Source: Anaeramoeba ignava BMAN
Lineage: Eukaryota > Protista > Anaeramoebae
Assembly (NCBI GenBank): GCA_028826165.1
Contig: JAPDFW010000095.1
Span: forward strand, 124,001-188,000
Length of the DNA stretch: 64,000 nucleotides
Direction: 5' to 3'
Shown: positions 39,752 through 52,629 of the stretch, piece by piece
Position numbering within the stretch: position 1 is the stretch's first letter
How the letters are laid out: the number at the start of each line of letters is the position of its first letter
The notes under the pieces: model-generated
The model's input: only the letters and a program-made list of their open reading frames with translations
Database searches by the model: none
Told to the model about the DNA's origin: nothing
Position numbers and translations under genes: made by a program

Positions 39752-40189
39752 TGTTTGAAAATTTTTTTTGCTTTTTATTTAATTTGTGGAAAAAAGAAAA
39801 AATGAAAAAAAATAAAAAATTGAATTTTAATTTTGACTTTTAAAAAAAACGTTTCAAATTTAATTTAAACAATATTTTGAATATTTTTTTTATATTTGAT
39901 CTTTTTTCTTTTGTTTTGATCATTTTAAATTATTATTTTAAATTATTATTTTTTATTTAAAATAATCTTTACTTGATTTCCAAAAAAAAAAAATTTGAGA
40001 GAGAAAATAAAATAATTGGAAAAAAAATGAAATTGTCAAATTAAAATAAAATTTTTTAAATAAAAAAATAATTAATTTGGAATGATCAATTTTAAAATTA
40101 AAAAAAAGCAAATTTTCTTTTAAAAAAATTTTTTTCATTTTGTTTTTCCACATTTTTTTTTCAAACAAGAAAATAAGTAAAATTTAATT

Positions 40190-40700
40190 TAAAATTGATT
40201 TGGAATTTAATTTAAAAATTAATTTTGAATTGATTTAAAAATTGATTTAAAAATTGATTTGGAAATTGATTTAAAAATTGATTTGGAAATTGATTTAAAA
40301 ATTGATTTAAAAATTGATTTAAAAATTTAATTTAAAAATTGATTTAAAAATTGATTTGGAATTTAATTTAAAAATTTATTTAAAATTGATTTAAAAATTG
40401 ATTTAAAAATTAATTTGGAAATTAATTTGGAAATTGATTTAAAAATTGATTTGAAAATTGATTTAAAAATTGATTTAAAAATTAATTTAAAAATTGGGAA
40501 ATTAATTTGAAAATTGATTTAAAAATTAATTTGGAAATTGATTTAAAATTTGATTTGAAAATTGATTTAAAAATTGATTTAAAATTTGATTTAAAAATTG
40601 ATTTGAAAATTGATTTAAAAATTAATTTGGAAATTGATTTAAAATTTGATTTGAAAATTGGGAAATTGATTTAAAAATTGATTTAAAAATTGATTTGAAA
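40190..40700. repeat. Intergenic (AAATTGATTTAA)n array
   Basis: Visible 11-12-bp repeat; a reverse-complement relative of the 50.1-52.5 kb array. Confidence 0.9.
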
Positions 40701-40812
40701 TTGAAATTATGAATTGGAGAATTTAACTGAGAAATTCAAATGATTAATTTTTTTTTTTCATTTTTTTTTCATTTTTTTTCATTTTTTTTTTACATTTTGA
40801 ATGAAAAATTAA

Positions 40813-43800
40813 ATGAATATAACAGCAAAGCAATTTGTTTTAATTTCTGAATTTTGTGAAAAAACAGGACCTTCACCAGTTTTTATTTATCCACCTTCTT
40901 CAGAAAATCCTCAAGCAATTAAATGGTTTGTTCTTCAGTTAATGACAACAAATTATTCTCAATCACTTCCTTTTGAAAATACTGAAGGCGAATCTTTTGT
41001 TATCAAAATTTCTAATCGTTATGCATTTGTAGGATTATTTCCTTGAATTTTACAAGAATTTTTACAAGAATTTTTACAAGAATTTTTACAAGAATTTTTA
41101 CATTAATTTTTACATTAATTTTTACAAGAATTTTTACAAGAATTTTTACATAAATATTCAAATTAATTTTTAAATTAATTTTTAAATTAATATTTAAATT
41201 AATATTTAAATTAATATTTAAATTAATATTTAAATTAATATTTAAATTAATATTTAAATTAATATTAAAATTAATATTTAAATTAATATTTAAATTAATA
41301 TTTAAATTCAATTTTTAAATTAATATTTAAAATTAAATTTAAATTAATATTTTAAATTTAATATTTAAATTAATATTTATATTAATATTTTATATTAATT
41401 TTTTAGAATTTTTACAAGAATTTTTACAAGAATATTTACAGGGAATTAATATTTTATATTAATATTTAAAAATATTTAAATTAATATTTAAATTAATATT
41501 TAAATTAATAATATTTAAATTAATATTTATATTAATATTTATTAATATTTTAAATTAATATTTAAATTAATATTTAAATTAATATTTAAATTAATATTTT
41601 TAAATTTAATATTTAAATTAATATATTTAAATTAATATTTAATATTAATATTTATATTAATATTTAAATTAATATTTAAATTAATATTTAAATTAATATT
41701 TATATTATATTTTTATTAATATTTAAATTAATATTTAAATTAATATTTATATTAATATTTAAATTAATATTTAAATTAATATTTAAATTAATATTTAAAT
41801 TAAATATTTAAAATTAATATTTAAATTAATATTTAAATTAATATTTTAAATTAATATTTAAATTAATATTTAAAATTAATATTTAAATTAATATTTAAAT
41901 TAATATTTTATATAAATTAATATTTAAATAAATATTTAAATTAAATATTTAAATTAATATTTATATTAATATTTATAAATTAATATTTAAATTAATATTT
42001 AAAATAATATTTAAATTAATATTATTTAAATTAATATTTAGAAAATATTTAAATTAATATTTAAATTAATATTTAAATTAATATTTAAATTAATATTTAA
42101 ATTAATATTTAAATTAATATTTAAATTAATATTTAAATTAATATTTAAATTAATATTTATATTAATATTTAAATTAATTTTTTCATTAATATTTATAAAT
42201 ATTTATATTAATATTTAAATAAATATTTATAATTTTTACAAGAATTTTTATATTAATATTTATATTAATATTTATATAAATATTTATAATATTTAAATTA
42301 ATTTTTAAATTCAAAATGTAAAAAAAAAAAAAAAAAGGTTCACCGATTCACTTTATTAGATATTCAAGCTAGAGGATTTACAAGAAATTTTTGTTTTGCA
42401 TTTGTTGGTAGAAGTTATAGAAAATTAATGCAACAATTTATTTTACTTTTTGAAGAAACAAAAAAATTACTTTCAGAAATTGAATTGAATAATAAATTAT
42501 TATTCATTTTAGAATGTGAAAAAAAACTTTTAGATCTTGAATTTTCCAAAAAACAAATAGAAAAAGATCCTGAAGATGTTCCGAAATTTGTAATAAAATT
42601 TAAATTCAAAAATTGAGAAATTCAAAAAAATTAAATAAAAATAAAATAGAAAATTAAAATATTTATAGAATATATAGAACAAAAAAGCCTCGAAATCCAA
42701 GATAACATCAATCACTTCTATTCTAAATCCACTACCCACGATTTCCAAATCCTTTTCCAAGAAATTTCACAAGAATTTTCAATTGAAAACAAATTCGATC
42801 CAAATTTAGAAATAAACGAACAAAGAAAAAAATTTGCGGGAATTATTCAACAAAATTATAAAGCAAAATACATAGGGATGAAGTCGCCAATGGATTTCAC
42901 AACATCCTTAAGAAATTACCAGGAAATTTGTCTTTCAAATGCATTTCAATTTCTTCATGAAATTTATCTTAAACAATTTTTCGATAAATTCTCAATCACA
43001 ACATTGCAAAATTTCCTGCATATGGAATTAAACACACAAATCGAACCCGAACATTCTCTTCTTCTTATTGGAGGGTTTCCTATGATTAATTTTCTCCCGC
43101 ATTTTGGGGAAACATTAGAAATGAAAACCGAATATTTTTCGCCCATTTTTGGAAATTCTTTTGATTTCCAACTTTTGGATGTTCTGAAAAACCAATTGCG
43201 ATATTCAAAGGAGCATCTGATTTATTCGCTCTTGATTGGACGACCTGTTGTTATTTATGCTTCCAAAAAGCACGAAAATTACGCGAGATTTTTAGTCAAA
43301 AATCTTTCACTTTTTGTTGTTGGAAATTTATCAAGATTTTCTGTTTTGAATTGGTCAAATAAACCCCTTTCTGAAAGTGATCTCGCACATTTTAAACTCG
43401 GAAGTTTCCCAAATAACGTTGCTTTTAAAGATGAAATTAAATCTCGTGTTACTTTTTATGATTATGAATCTGGACTTGTTTTCCCCAAATTGTATTATCA
43501 ATTATCCAAAAATAAAATTCAAAACCAAAACCAAAATTCAAATTCAAATTCGAAGAAGAAATCGTGGTTTTGGTCAAAAAGCAAGAAAACAACTCAAGAA
43601 AAAACTCCTCGAAATGATGATAAATATTTATGTGCTTTTGATTCAATTCCTGATTTTGAAGAATCAAAATTAACTGGTTTGGATTTCCAAATGAAAAACC
43701 CACATTTTGATTTAAACGACACATTCACAATAATTGATGAAAAGTATTTAGACAAAATGGGGTTAAATTCTCAAAAAACAGAAATACAAGATGAAGATTT

Positions 43801-44287
43801 GAATAATGAAAATTTAACTCAAGAAAATTCAAATGAAAATTTAGAGAAAGATGAATGGATTCCAATTCAAAAATATGAATTTATTGAGAAAAATGAAGAT
43901 GAAAATGAAAATGAAAATGAAAATAAAAATCAAATTAAAATTAAAAACGAAATTCAAATTGATCCAAATTTAATCGAAAATAATCTTTCTTCTTCAACAA
44001 AACTTGATTATTCTAAATGTTTTATAAACAAACTTCTCGCTTTAAATCATAATTGGAAAGATGAAAAAACTTATTATGCTCATATTCATCAAAAATTATT
44101 GGAAATTTCTAGTTGTGCTTTTCTTTATTTTCATCAAAATCATTTCATTAATGATGAAGTTTTTTTGGATCAAATTTCTTCAATATCTTCTTTTCCAAAA
44201 GATTTTGTTATAATTAAATATTTAACTCAATTTATTAGAAAACAACAACTTGGATCAGCTAGAAAAAAACAAACAAAACAAAATTAA
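40813..44287 (+). CDS. SMCR8: SMCR8-like (folliculin/DENN family) protein, 3 exons
   Basis: LISEFCEKTGPSP...YAF|VHRFTLLDIQARGFTRNFCFAFV.....KLMQQF matches SMCR8 [24 protein letters not shown]...KIMQQF. Also LIYSLLIGRPVVI. Intron 1 is filled with (AATATTTAAATT)n. Confidence 0.82.
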
Positions 44288-44318
44288 AAAAATTAAATTT
44301 TAATTTAAATTTTTTTAT

Positions 44319-47300
44319 TTAAATTTTTTTTTGAATTTGTTTTGCTTTTTCAATTAAATTTTGAATATGATTTTTTTCAAATTCTTTTGTAAATAATTTT
44401 TCAATTTCTGAAATTTGTTCTTTTGTTGGAATTTTTTGAAGGAATTTTGTTTCATTTTGATTTAAAATAATTAATTGATTTGTTTGGTCAAAAAATTTAA
44501 TTGAACAATTTTGTAAATGAAGAATAAAATAATTGGAATTTTCAAAAGAAAAAGAATGAGAAGAAGTTTCTAATTGAAAATCTTGAGAAATTTCAATTTT
44601 TAAAAGAGCTTGAATTGATTCATCACATAAAAATAATTCATTTGTTTTTTGAATATCATTTTTTGAAATAAAAACACAAATTCCAACAAAATCAAATTCT
44701 TTGGAAACTTTTTGATTATAATTGGAAATGATATCTTTTAATTTCATCAATTTTCTTTTTTGAAATAAATGAAGAAATTCTTGTTCTGGTTTTTGTTTAA
44801 ATTCAGTTGAAGAAGTTGTTGAAAGATAAATTAATTCTTTGGATATTTCATTGTTTTTGATTTGTAAATGATTTTCTGGAATTAAGTTTGTAACCAAAAA
44901 TCTTTTTCCTTCTTCAATTTCATTTAGAAATGAAGAAATTGAATGCTTGATTGTAATTATTGCTTGTCGAGAATATTTTGGTTTTCCTTTAAAATAATGA
45001 GAAATACAATCATTAACTTTAATTTGGAAAAATTTATCATTTTCGTTATTGATTTGAAATGAAGGATATTTTCTTTGAATAATAATTTCAATTGCTGGAA
45101 TCAATCCACAATCTTCTTTAATAGAATGAATTGTAATTAAAAGAGGTTTTTTTTCAAATCCTAATTTATTTGTTGCTAAAGATCTTCTTGTTGAATTATA
45201 ATTCAATTCAATTCCATTTTCTTTTTTTGATTTATTAAAAGTTCCTATTCTAATGTTTTGACCAATAAACATTTTTCCATTTTGGATTAATTCTGTTAAT
45301 TTTGAATCTAAAGTGGCTTTAATTGTATCCCATCCATCAGTTAAAGTAATTTTAGCAAAATCATTTTCATTTTTCAATTTGGTTTCTGATGAAGTGAGAT
45401 TGATTTTGTTATTTGTAATTGAATTTTTGTTTAAAGAATTTGGAAGAAGTTGATTTAATTTTTGTGGAGTTTTTAAATTATTACTATTATTTTTAAAGAG
45501 GTTATTTAAATTGTTTAAATTCATATTGTTATTGTTATTGTTATTGAAATTTAGATTGTTCTTTAAAGTAAGATTTGTTGATAAATCAACATTATTCATA
45601 TTTTCATTTAAATTGTTGTTAAATTTTAAACTTAAATTTTGTGGAGGTAATGTTAAAGGTTGTTGCTTGATATTTATTGGATTGAGTGCATTTATTGGTA
45701 ATTTTAATGGTGATTGTGATAATGAGTTTTGTGAAGAAATAATTGGTGATTGGGATGATTGAGAAAATGTTGTTAATGATTTTATTCCGTTTGATTGAGA
45801 TGATTTTGTTGGTGAAGAAGGTGTTATTTTTGTGTTTAAAGTTAAAGGATTTAATTGATTAAGGTTTTTTTGGTTTTCGATTTTGGAAACTGAATTAATT
45901 TTGGGTAAATCATTGTTTAAAGTCATTGGTGAATTGAGTGTTAATTGCTTAATTGGGAAACCATTTTTGGGTTTTATATTTGGAGTAGATGGTAAATTGT
46001 TTAAAGAAAGTAAGTTTTTAGTTGATAGGTTTGGAAGTGATTTTGGAAGTAAATTTCCTTGTGAATTTTGTGAAGGATGGGTTGGTGTCATATTTTGAAG
46101 CAATGGGAATTGTTTTGGGAAACTATGGATTAAATTTTTACCGTTAATTAATTGATCTGGTTGAACATTATTTTTAGCTTCAAAATTTAAAGAAGGAAGT
46201 TTTTGATTTTGAGAAATTTGAGATTTAAATTTTTTTGAAAATGGGATATGATTAATAGATGCAATGGATAAAGTAAGAGAAGGGAAAGTTTTAAAGTTTT
46301 TTGCATTTAAAATTAATTGAGTAAGAGGTGATTTTTTCTCCAATTCAATTTCCACTAAATAATGATAAATGAGATGATTTAAAATATTAATTGGATTAAT
46401 AAATTTTGTTTGGGATTGTGGATTTAATTTTAAAGATGAGGATTGTTTCCAAATAATTAATCTATAGTGTTTTTGAAACCATTCTTTTGTTAATTGTTTT
46501 CTTTTTGGAATGGATTTGAATAATTTTTGAGATTGTTCTCCTTGGAAAAAAGATTTGAAACTATTAAAGAACTCTTGCCATCCAATACCATTTTTGAAAA
46601 TTTCTTGTAAATTTGAACAATTGTTAATTGTAAATTTCATTAAAGTTTCTCTATCTATTGAATCAATAGAAAATTTAAAATCAAGTGCATTTTCAAAATT
46701 TGTATCAATAATTTGTTGAGAAAGACCGAATTCAAGTAATTGATTTTGAGAATAAGAAGTATTTTTAATTTGTTTTAGATTTTGTAAATTTTTAGAAGAT
46801 TTTTGGAAATATTTTGAATGATATTCTTCATAATCTGAGATTATTTTATCGAGAATATATGAATCAAACGAATTTAAAGCATTTGTTTCAATTTTCATTT
46901 CATTTTCTATTATTATTTCTATTTCTTTTTCTTTTTCTTTTTCATTTTCTTTCTATTTCTTTTTCTTTTTCTATTTCTTTTTCTTTTTCTTTTTCTTTTT
47001 CTTTTTCTTTTTCTTTTTCTTTTTCTTTTTCTTTTTCTTTTTCTTTTTCTTTTTCTTTTTTTGGAATTAGTTGTTTTGGTTTTGAAAAAGGTTTTCTTTG
47101 TCTTCTTCTTTTAATTTGATTTAATTGTAATAAATTTTGTTTTGGTTTTATTTCTTCTACTTCTTTTCTTTTTCTTTTTCTTTTTCTTTTCTTCATCATT
47201 TTCATTTATATTTATAAAAGAATTTGTTTCAAGATCTTCATATTGTTCTTTTTGGAAAATATCATAAATTTTAGTAAGAGATTCCTTTGAAATTGAATCC

Positions 47301-48214
47301 ATAGGTTTTCCATGACCAGTTTCAAAAAGAAGATTAGCACAATTATCTTGAAGAACTGAAAATTTTTTAATACCTTCTTGATTTCTTTTTTTAGATTGTG
47401 AAAATTTAAGTAATTTAAATTTTGGTTTAGCTAACAAAGAGTTTTTTTCATTTTCATTTTCATTTTCATTTTCATTTTCATTTTCATTTTCAATTTCAAT
47501 TTGATTTTCAATTTGAATTTCATTTTCAATTTGATTTTCATTTTCAATTTCAATTTGATTTTCAATTTCATTTTCATTTTCATTTTCATTTTCAATTTGA
47601 TTTTCATTTTGATTTTGGTTTTCATTTTCATTTTCATTTTCAATTTGTTTGTCATTTTCAATTTGTTTGTCATTTTCATTTTCATTTTCATTTTCATTTT
47701 CATTTTCATTTTCAATTTGAATTTGAATTTGATTTTGATTTTGAATTTGATTTTGGTTTTCATTTTCATTTTCATTTTCAATTTGAATTTCATTTTCTTG
47801 TTCATTTTCATTTTGATTTTCATTTTCATTTTGATTTTCATTTTGATTTTCATTTTGATTTTCATTTTGATTTTCAATTTGATTTTGGTTTTCATTTTCA
47901 TTTTCATTTTCAATTTCATTTTGATTTTCATTTTCTTGTTCATTTTCATTTTCATTTTCTTGTTCATTTTCATTTTCATTTTCATTTTGTTTGTCATTTT
48001 CTTGTTCATTTTGAATTTCAATTTGTTTGTCATTTTCTTGTTCATTTTCTTGTTCAGGTGATTGATAAAGTTCATTTTCATTTTCATTTTCATTTGATTC
48101 GTTACTTTCATTTGTTTCTTGTGAATTATTTTCATTCATTTTTTTTCCAATTTTTTCAATTTCTTTTTCAATTTGACTCATTTCTTTTTGCATTTCTTGA
48201 AGTTCTGTTTCCAT
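44319..48214 (-). CDS. BRCA2: BRCA2 homolog (single BRC repeat, helical and OB domains), frameshifted in the EK tract
   Basis: BRC-like LFETGHGKPMDSISKESLTKIYDIF; helical WFQKHYRLIIWK; OB1 ITLTDGWDTIKATLD and LNYNSTRR; OB2 GLIPAIEIIIQRKYP. Confidence 0.88.
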
Positions 48215-48457
48215 TTTTTTTTATAAATATAATTATTTATAATTAAAATAAAGAAGAAAAAAAAAATTTGAAAAGAAAAAAAATGAAAAACTTTTTTTTT
48301 AGGAATCTTTTTATACTGTTTGATTTTTTTTTTTTTAATATATTTTCATATAAAAAACTATATATATAAAAAAATATTAATTATATCTTTTTATTTAAAT
48401 TTTTTTTTTCATTTTTTTTTTTCATTTTTTTTTTCATCAAATTTGAAATTGATATCA

Positions 48458-49186
48458 ATGGCTTGGCTTTTTGGAGTGAAATTAGCACTTTTTATTGTGG
48501 CATTGATAATTTTATTATTTCTCTTTTGGCGACATCACGATCGAGATCGATTATATTTACTTCTTTATGCACCGACATTAGCAGCTTTTTTTTTCCAATT
48601 TCTTTTAGCTTATTCACTTGACTCACATTCAAATTGTTCACAATTAAACAAAACAATGAGTTATTTTATTTTCTTGGCAGTGACATTACAACCAATATTT
48701 TCAAATATATTTCTTTTTTTCTCTTCAGAAAAATTATATCGGAAAAATTTTCTCATTTCGTTATTTCTTTCACTTTTTGTTTCCGTTTTTTTTTGGATTT
48801 CCATTTTTATTCACACAACTAAAAATGATTTAATTTGTTCCAATTTCACTTCACATGGTTTTATTGATATTCAATGGAATCGTGTCAATTCTCATCTTTT
48901 GCCAAGTTATTTTGATCTTTTCTTATTTTCACTTGTTCCGTTTCTTTTTTACAGACCTTTTGTTATCGGAACTTCATTTTTCATTCTTTCCGTTTTTTTG
49001 ATTGGTCTTTGTTATTTTGCTTTTGGTCAATCTTCTTTTATTTCTTCTTTTTATTTGTTTTCTTTTTCTTATGTTCTTTTTTTCTTTTTCGATATTGATT
49101 TGATTCGAAATTTCGGTTTTAAAGCTTGTTTTTCTCGTAAAGCTGCTCATGATATTCCTTGGAAAGATATTGAGGATGATTTGTAA
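48458..49186 (+). CDS. Multi-pass membrane protein, unknown function
   Basis: Likely ATG at 48458 (MAWLFGVKLALF); about 7 hydrophobic segments; intronless. Confidence 0.75.
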   Translation: MAWLFGVKLALFIVALIILLFLFWRHHDRDRLYLLLYAPTLAAFFFQFLLAYSLDSHSNCSQLNKTMSYFIFLAVTLQPIFSNIFLFFSSEKLYRKNFLISLFLSLFVSVFFWISIFIHTTKNDLICSNFTSHGFIDIQWNRVNSHLLPSYFDLFLFSLVPFLFYRPFVIGTSFFILSVFLIGLCYFAFGQSSFISSFYLFSFSYVLFFFFDIDLIRNFGFKACFSRKAAHDIPWKDIEDDL

Positions 49187-49401
49187 TTGATAATGAATTT
49201 TTCTTAATTCTTAATTCTTAATTCTTAATTAATTTTTTTTTTCTCAATTTCTCTTTAGTTTTATTTTTTTTTTAAAACAATTATTAAAACCAAAATTAAT
49301 TAATTTTAATTTTTAATTTTAATTTTAATCTATTTTAATTTTTGTTCCACTTTTTTTTTCATTTTTTTCATTTTTATTTTTCATTTTTTTCCTTTTCAAA
49401 A

Positions 49402-50064
49402 ATGTCTTCAAGAAAAAATAAAAAAAGAAAAGAAAAATCAAAAGAAAAATCAAAAAAGAAATCAAAAACAAATAAAACTGAAAAACTCACAAAATTATTC
49501 AAAAAAGCAGAAAAATTTGCTAAAAAAACTCATATTCAAGATATAGAAAGAATTGATAAAAGAGATCATTTAGTTGAAAAATTTGATGAATTTTTTAAAG
49601 AATATATTTATGTTGTTGTTGCAAGTGGATTTCGTGGAAAAACAGCAGCAGAACTTTTACCAAAACTTGAAAAATGTCAAGGAAACAAAAAAAAGATGTT
49701 AAAACATTTTAAAAACAAAAGAAAATGTGAAGCAATTTCAACTGTTTTTCAATTAAAAAATGACTGGGAAAATTTGAGATCATCTTTAACAACAGTAGAT
49801 TCTTTAAAACAATTCCCATTAATCGGTGATGTTGTAAAACATCATCTAGCAAGAAATATTGGTTTAGTTACATGTGCAAAACCTGATCTACATTTAACTA
49901 GACTTGCAAAAAAATTAAAATTTAAGGATGTCAAATCAATGGTTGATTTTGTTGCTTCTAATTTTAATTATAAACCTGGTACTGCTGATTTTATTTTATG
50001 GATTTATTTATCTCATAATGGAGAAGAGCAAGATTGTTGTTATGGTGGTTATGAACTTCGTTAA
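49402..50064 (+). CDS. Helix-hairpin-helix (HhH-GPD-like DNA glycosylase fold) protein
   Basis: LKQFPLIGDVVKHHLARNIG..CAKPDLHLTRLA gives an HhH motif plus a conserved Asp. Basic NLS-like N-terminus; likely ATG at 49402. Confidence 0.7.
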   Translation: MSSRKNKKRKEKSKEKSKKKSKTNKTEKLTKLFKKAEKFAKKTHIQDIERIDKRDHLVEKFDEFFKEYIYVVVASGFRGKTAAELLPKLEKCQGNKKKMLKHFKNKRKCEAISTVFQLKNDWENLRSSLTTVDSLKQFPLIGDVVKHHLARNIGLVTCAKPDLHLTRLAKKLKFKDVKSMVDFVASNFNYKPGTADFILWIYLSHNGEEQDCCYGGYELR

Positions 50065-50149
50065 TTTTTTTTTCATTTAAAATCAATTAAAATTATTTAG
50101 AAAATTATTTAGAAAATTAAAATTAAAATTAAAATCAAAATTAAAATCA

Positions 50150-52520
50150 AAATCAATTCCAAATCAATTCAAAATCAATTCAAAATCAATTCAAAAAATT
50201 CAAAATCAATTCAAAATCAATTCAAAATCAATTCAAAATAAATTTAAAATTAATTCCAAATCAATTCCAAATCAATTCAAAATAAATTCAAAATTAATTC
50301 AAAATCAATTCAAAATCAATTCCAAAATCAATTCAAAATCAATTCAAAATAAATTTAAAATCAATTCCAAATCAATTCCAAATTAATTTAAAATCAATTC
50401 AAAATCAATTCAAAATCAATTCAAAATCAATTTAAAATCAATTCCACATTTAATTTCAATTTAAAAATCAATTCAAAATCAATTCAAAATTAATTCAAAA
50501 TCAATTCCAAAATCAATTCCAAAATTAATTCCAAAATCAATTCAAAATCAATTCAAAATCAATTCAAAATCAATTCAAAATCAATTCAAAATCAATTCAA
50601 AATCAATTCAAAATCAATTCAAAATCAATTTAAAATCAATTCAAAATCAATTCAAAATTAATTCAAAATCAATTCAAAATCAATTCAAAATTAATTCAAA
50701 ATCAATTCAAAATCAATTTAAAATCAATTCCAAAATTAATTCAAAATCAATTCAAAATCAATTTAAAATCAATTCAAAATCAATTCAAAATCAATTTAAA
50801 ATCAATTCAAAATCAATTCAAAATCAATTCAAAATCAATTCCAAAATCAATTCAAAATCAATTTAAAATCAATTTCAAAATCAATTCCAAAATCAATTCC
50901 AAAATCAATTCAAAATCAATTCCAAAATCAATTCAAAATCAATTCAAAATCAATTCCAAAATCAATTCCAAAATCAATTCAAAATCAATTCAAAATCAAT
51001 TCCAAAATCAATTCCAAAATCAATTCCAAAATCAATTCAAAATCAATTCCAAAATCAATTCAAAATCAATTCCAAAATCAATTCAAAATCAATTCCAAAA
51101 TCAATTTCAAAATCAATTCCAAAATCAATTCAAAATCAATTCAAAATCAATTCAAAATCAATTCAAAATCAATTCCAAAATCAATTCCAAAATCAATTCA
51201 AAATCAATTCAAAATCAATTCAAAATCAATTTAAAATCAATTCAAAATCAATTCCAAAATCAATTCAAAATCAATTCAAAATCAATTCAAAATCAATTCA
51301 AAATCAATTTAAAATCAATTCCAAAATCAATTTAAAATCAATTTAAAATCAATTCAAAATCAATTCAAAATCAATTCAAAATCAATTCAAAATCAATTCT
51401 AAAATCAATTCAAAAATTAATTCCAAATTTAAAATCAATTCAAAATCAATTTAAAATCAATTCAAAATCAATTCAAAAATCAATTCCAAAATTAATTTCC
51501 AAAATAAAAATTAAAAATAAAAACAGAAAAATTTTTCAAAATTTCAAAATCAATTTAAAATCAATTCCAAAATCAATTCAAAATCAATTTAAATTTAAAA
51601 AAATTTTAAAATCAATTTCAAAATCAATTTAAAAAATTTAAAATCAATTTAAAATTCAAAATCAAAATAAAATTATTCAAAATCAATTTAAAATCAATTT
51701 AAAAAATCAAAAAGAAAAATCAATTAAAATCAACCAAAATCAAATTGAAAAATCAATTCCAAAATCAATTTAAAAAAAAATAAATCAATTTTAAAATCAT
51801 TTTTCAAAATCAATTTCAAAATAAACTTTTCAAAATCAAATTCAAAAATCAATTCAAAAATCAATTCAAAATCAATCCAAAATCAATTTAAAATCAATTT
51901 CAAAAAAAATTCAAAATAAACTTTCAACCAAATTCAAAATCAATTCCAAAAATCAATTCAAAATCAATTCAAAATCAATTCAAAATAAATTCAAAATCAA
52001 TTAAAAAAATTAAAATTAAAAATTAAATTTAAAAATCAAAAAAATCAATTTTAAAATCAATTCAAAATCAATTCAAAATCAATTCAAAATCAATTCAAAA
52101 TCAATTCAAAATCAATTCAAAATCAATTCAAAATCAATTCAAAATCAATTTAAAATCAATTTAAAATCAATTCAAAATAAATTTAAAATCAATTCAAAAT
52201 CAATTTAAAATCAATTCAAAATCAATTCCAAAATCAATTTAAAATCAATTCAAAATCAATTCAAAATCAATTTCAAAATCAATTCCAAAATCAATTTAAA
52301 ATCAATTCAAAATAAATTTAAAATCAATTTAAAATCAATTTAAAATCAATTTAAAATCAATTCCAAAATAAATTTAAAATCAATTCAAAATCAATTTAAA
52401 ATCAATTCAAAATCAATTTAAAATCAATTCAAAATCAATTCAAAATCAATTTAAAATCAATTTAAAATCAATTCCAAAATCAATTCCACATTTAATTTCA
52501 ATTCAAAATCAATTCCACAT
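50150..52520. repeat. Intergenic 11-12-bp repeat (AAATCAATTCA/CCA)n, ~2.4 kb
   Basis: Directly visible. Confidence 0.94.
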
Positions 52521-52629
52521 TTAATTTCCAAAAATAAAAATTAAAACAAAAACAGAAAAAAAAAATTTTTTTTCATTTTCTTCTTTTCATTTTTTTTCTT
52601 TTCATTTTTTTTCATTTTTTAAATTTTAA

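Noticed and set aside
44319-46898. Intein in BRCA2 (or in the RNase Z insertion)
   Set aside because: The insertions are low-complexity, with no C/S...HN-C/S/T splicing motifs or endonuclease blocks.
51490-51545. Unique element inside the 11-bp array
   Set aside because: It is a near-copy of the array's right junction (~52520-52565), so a local duplication or assembly artefact.
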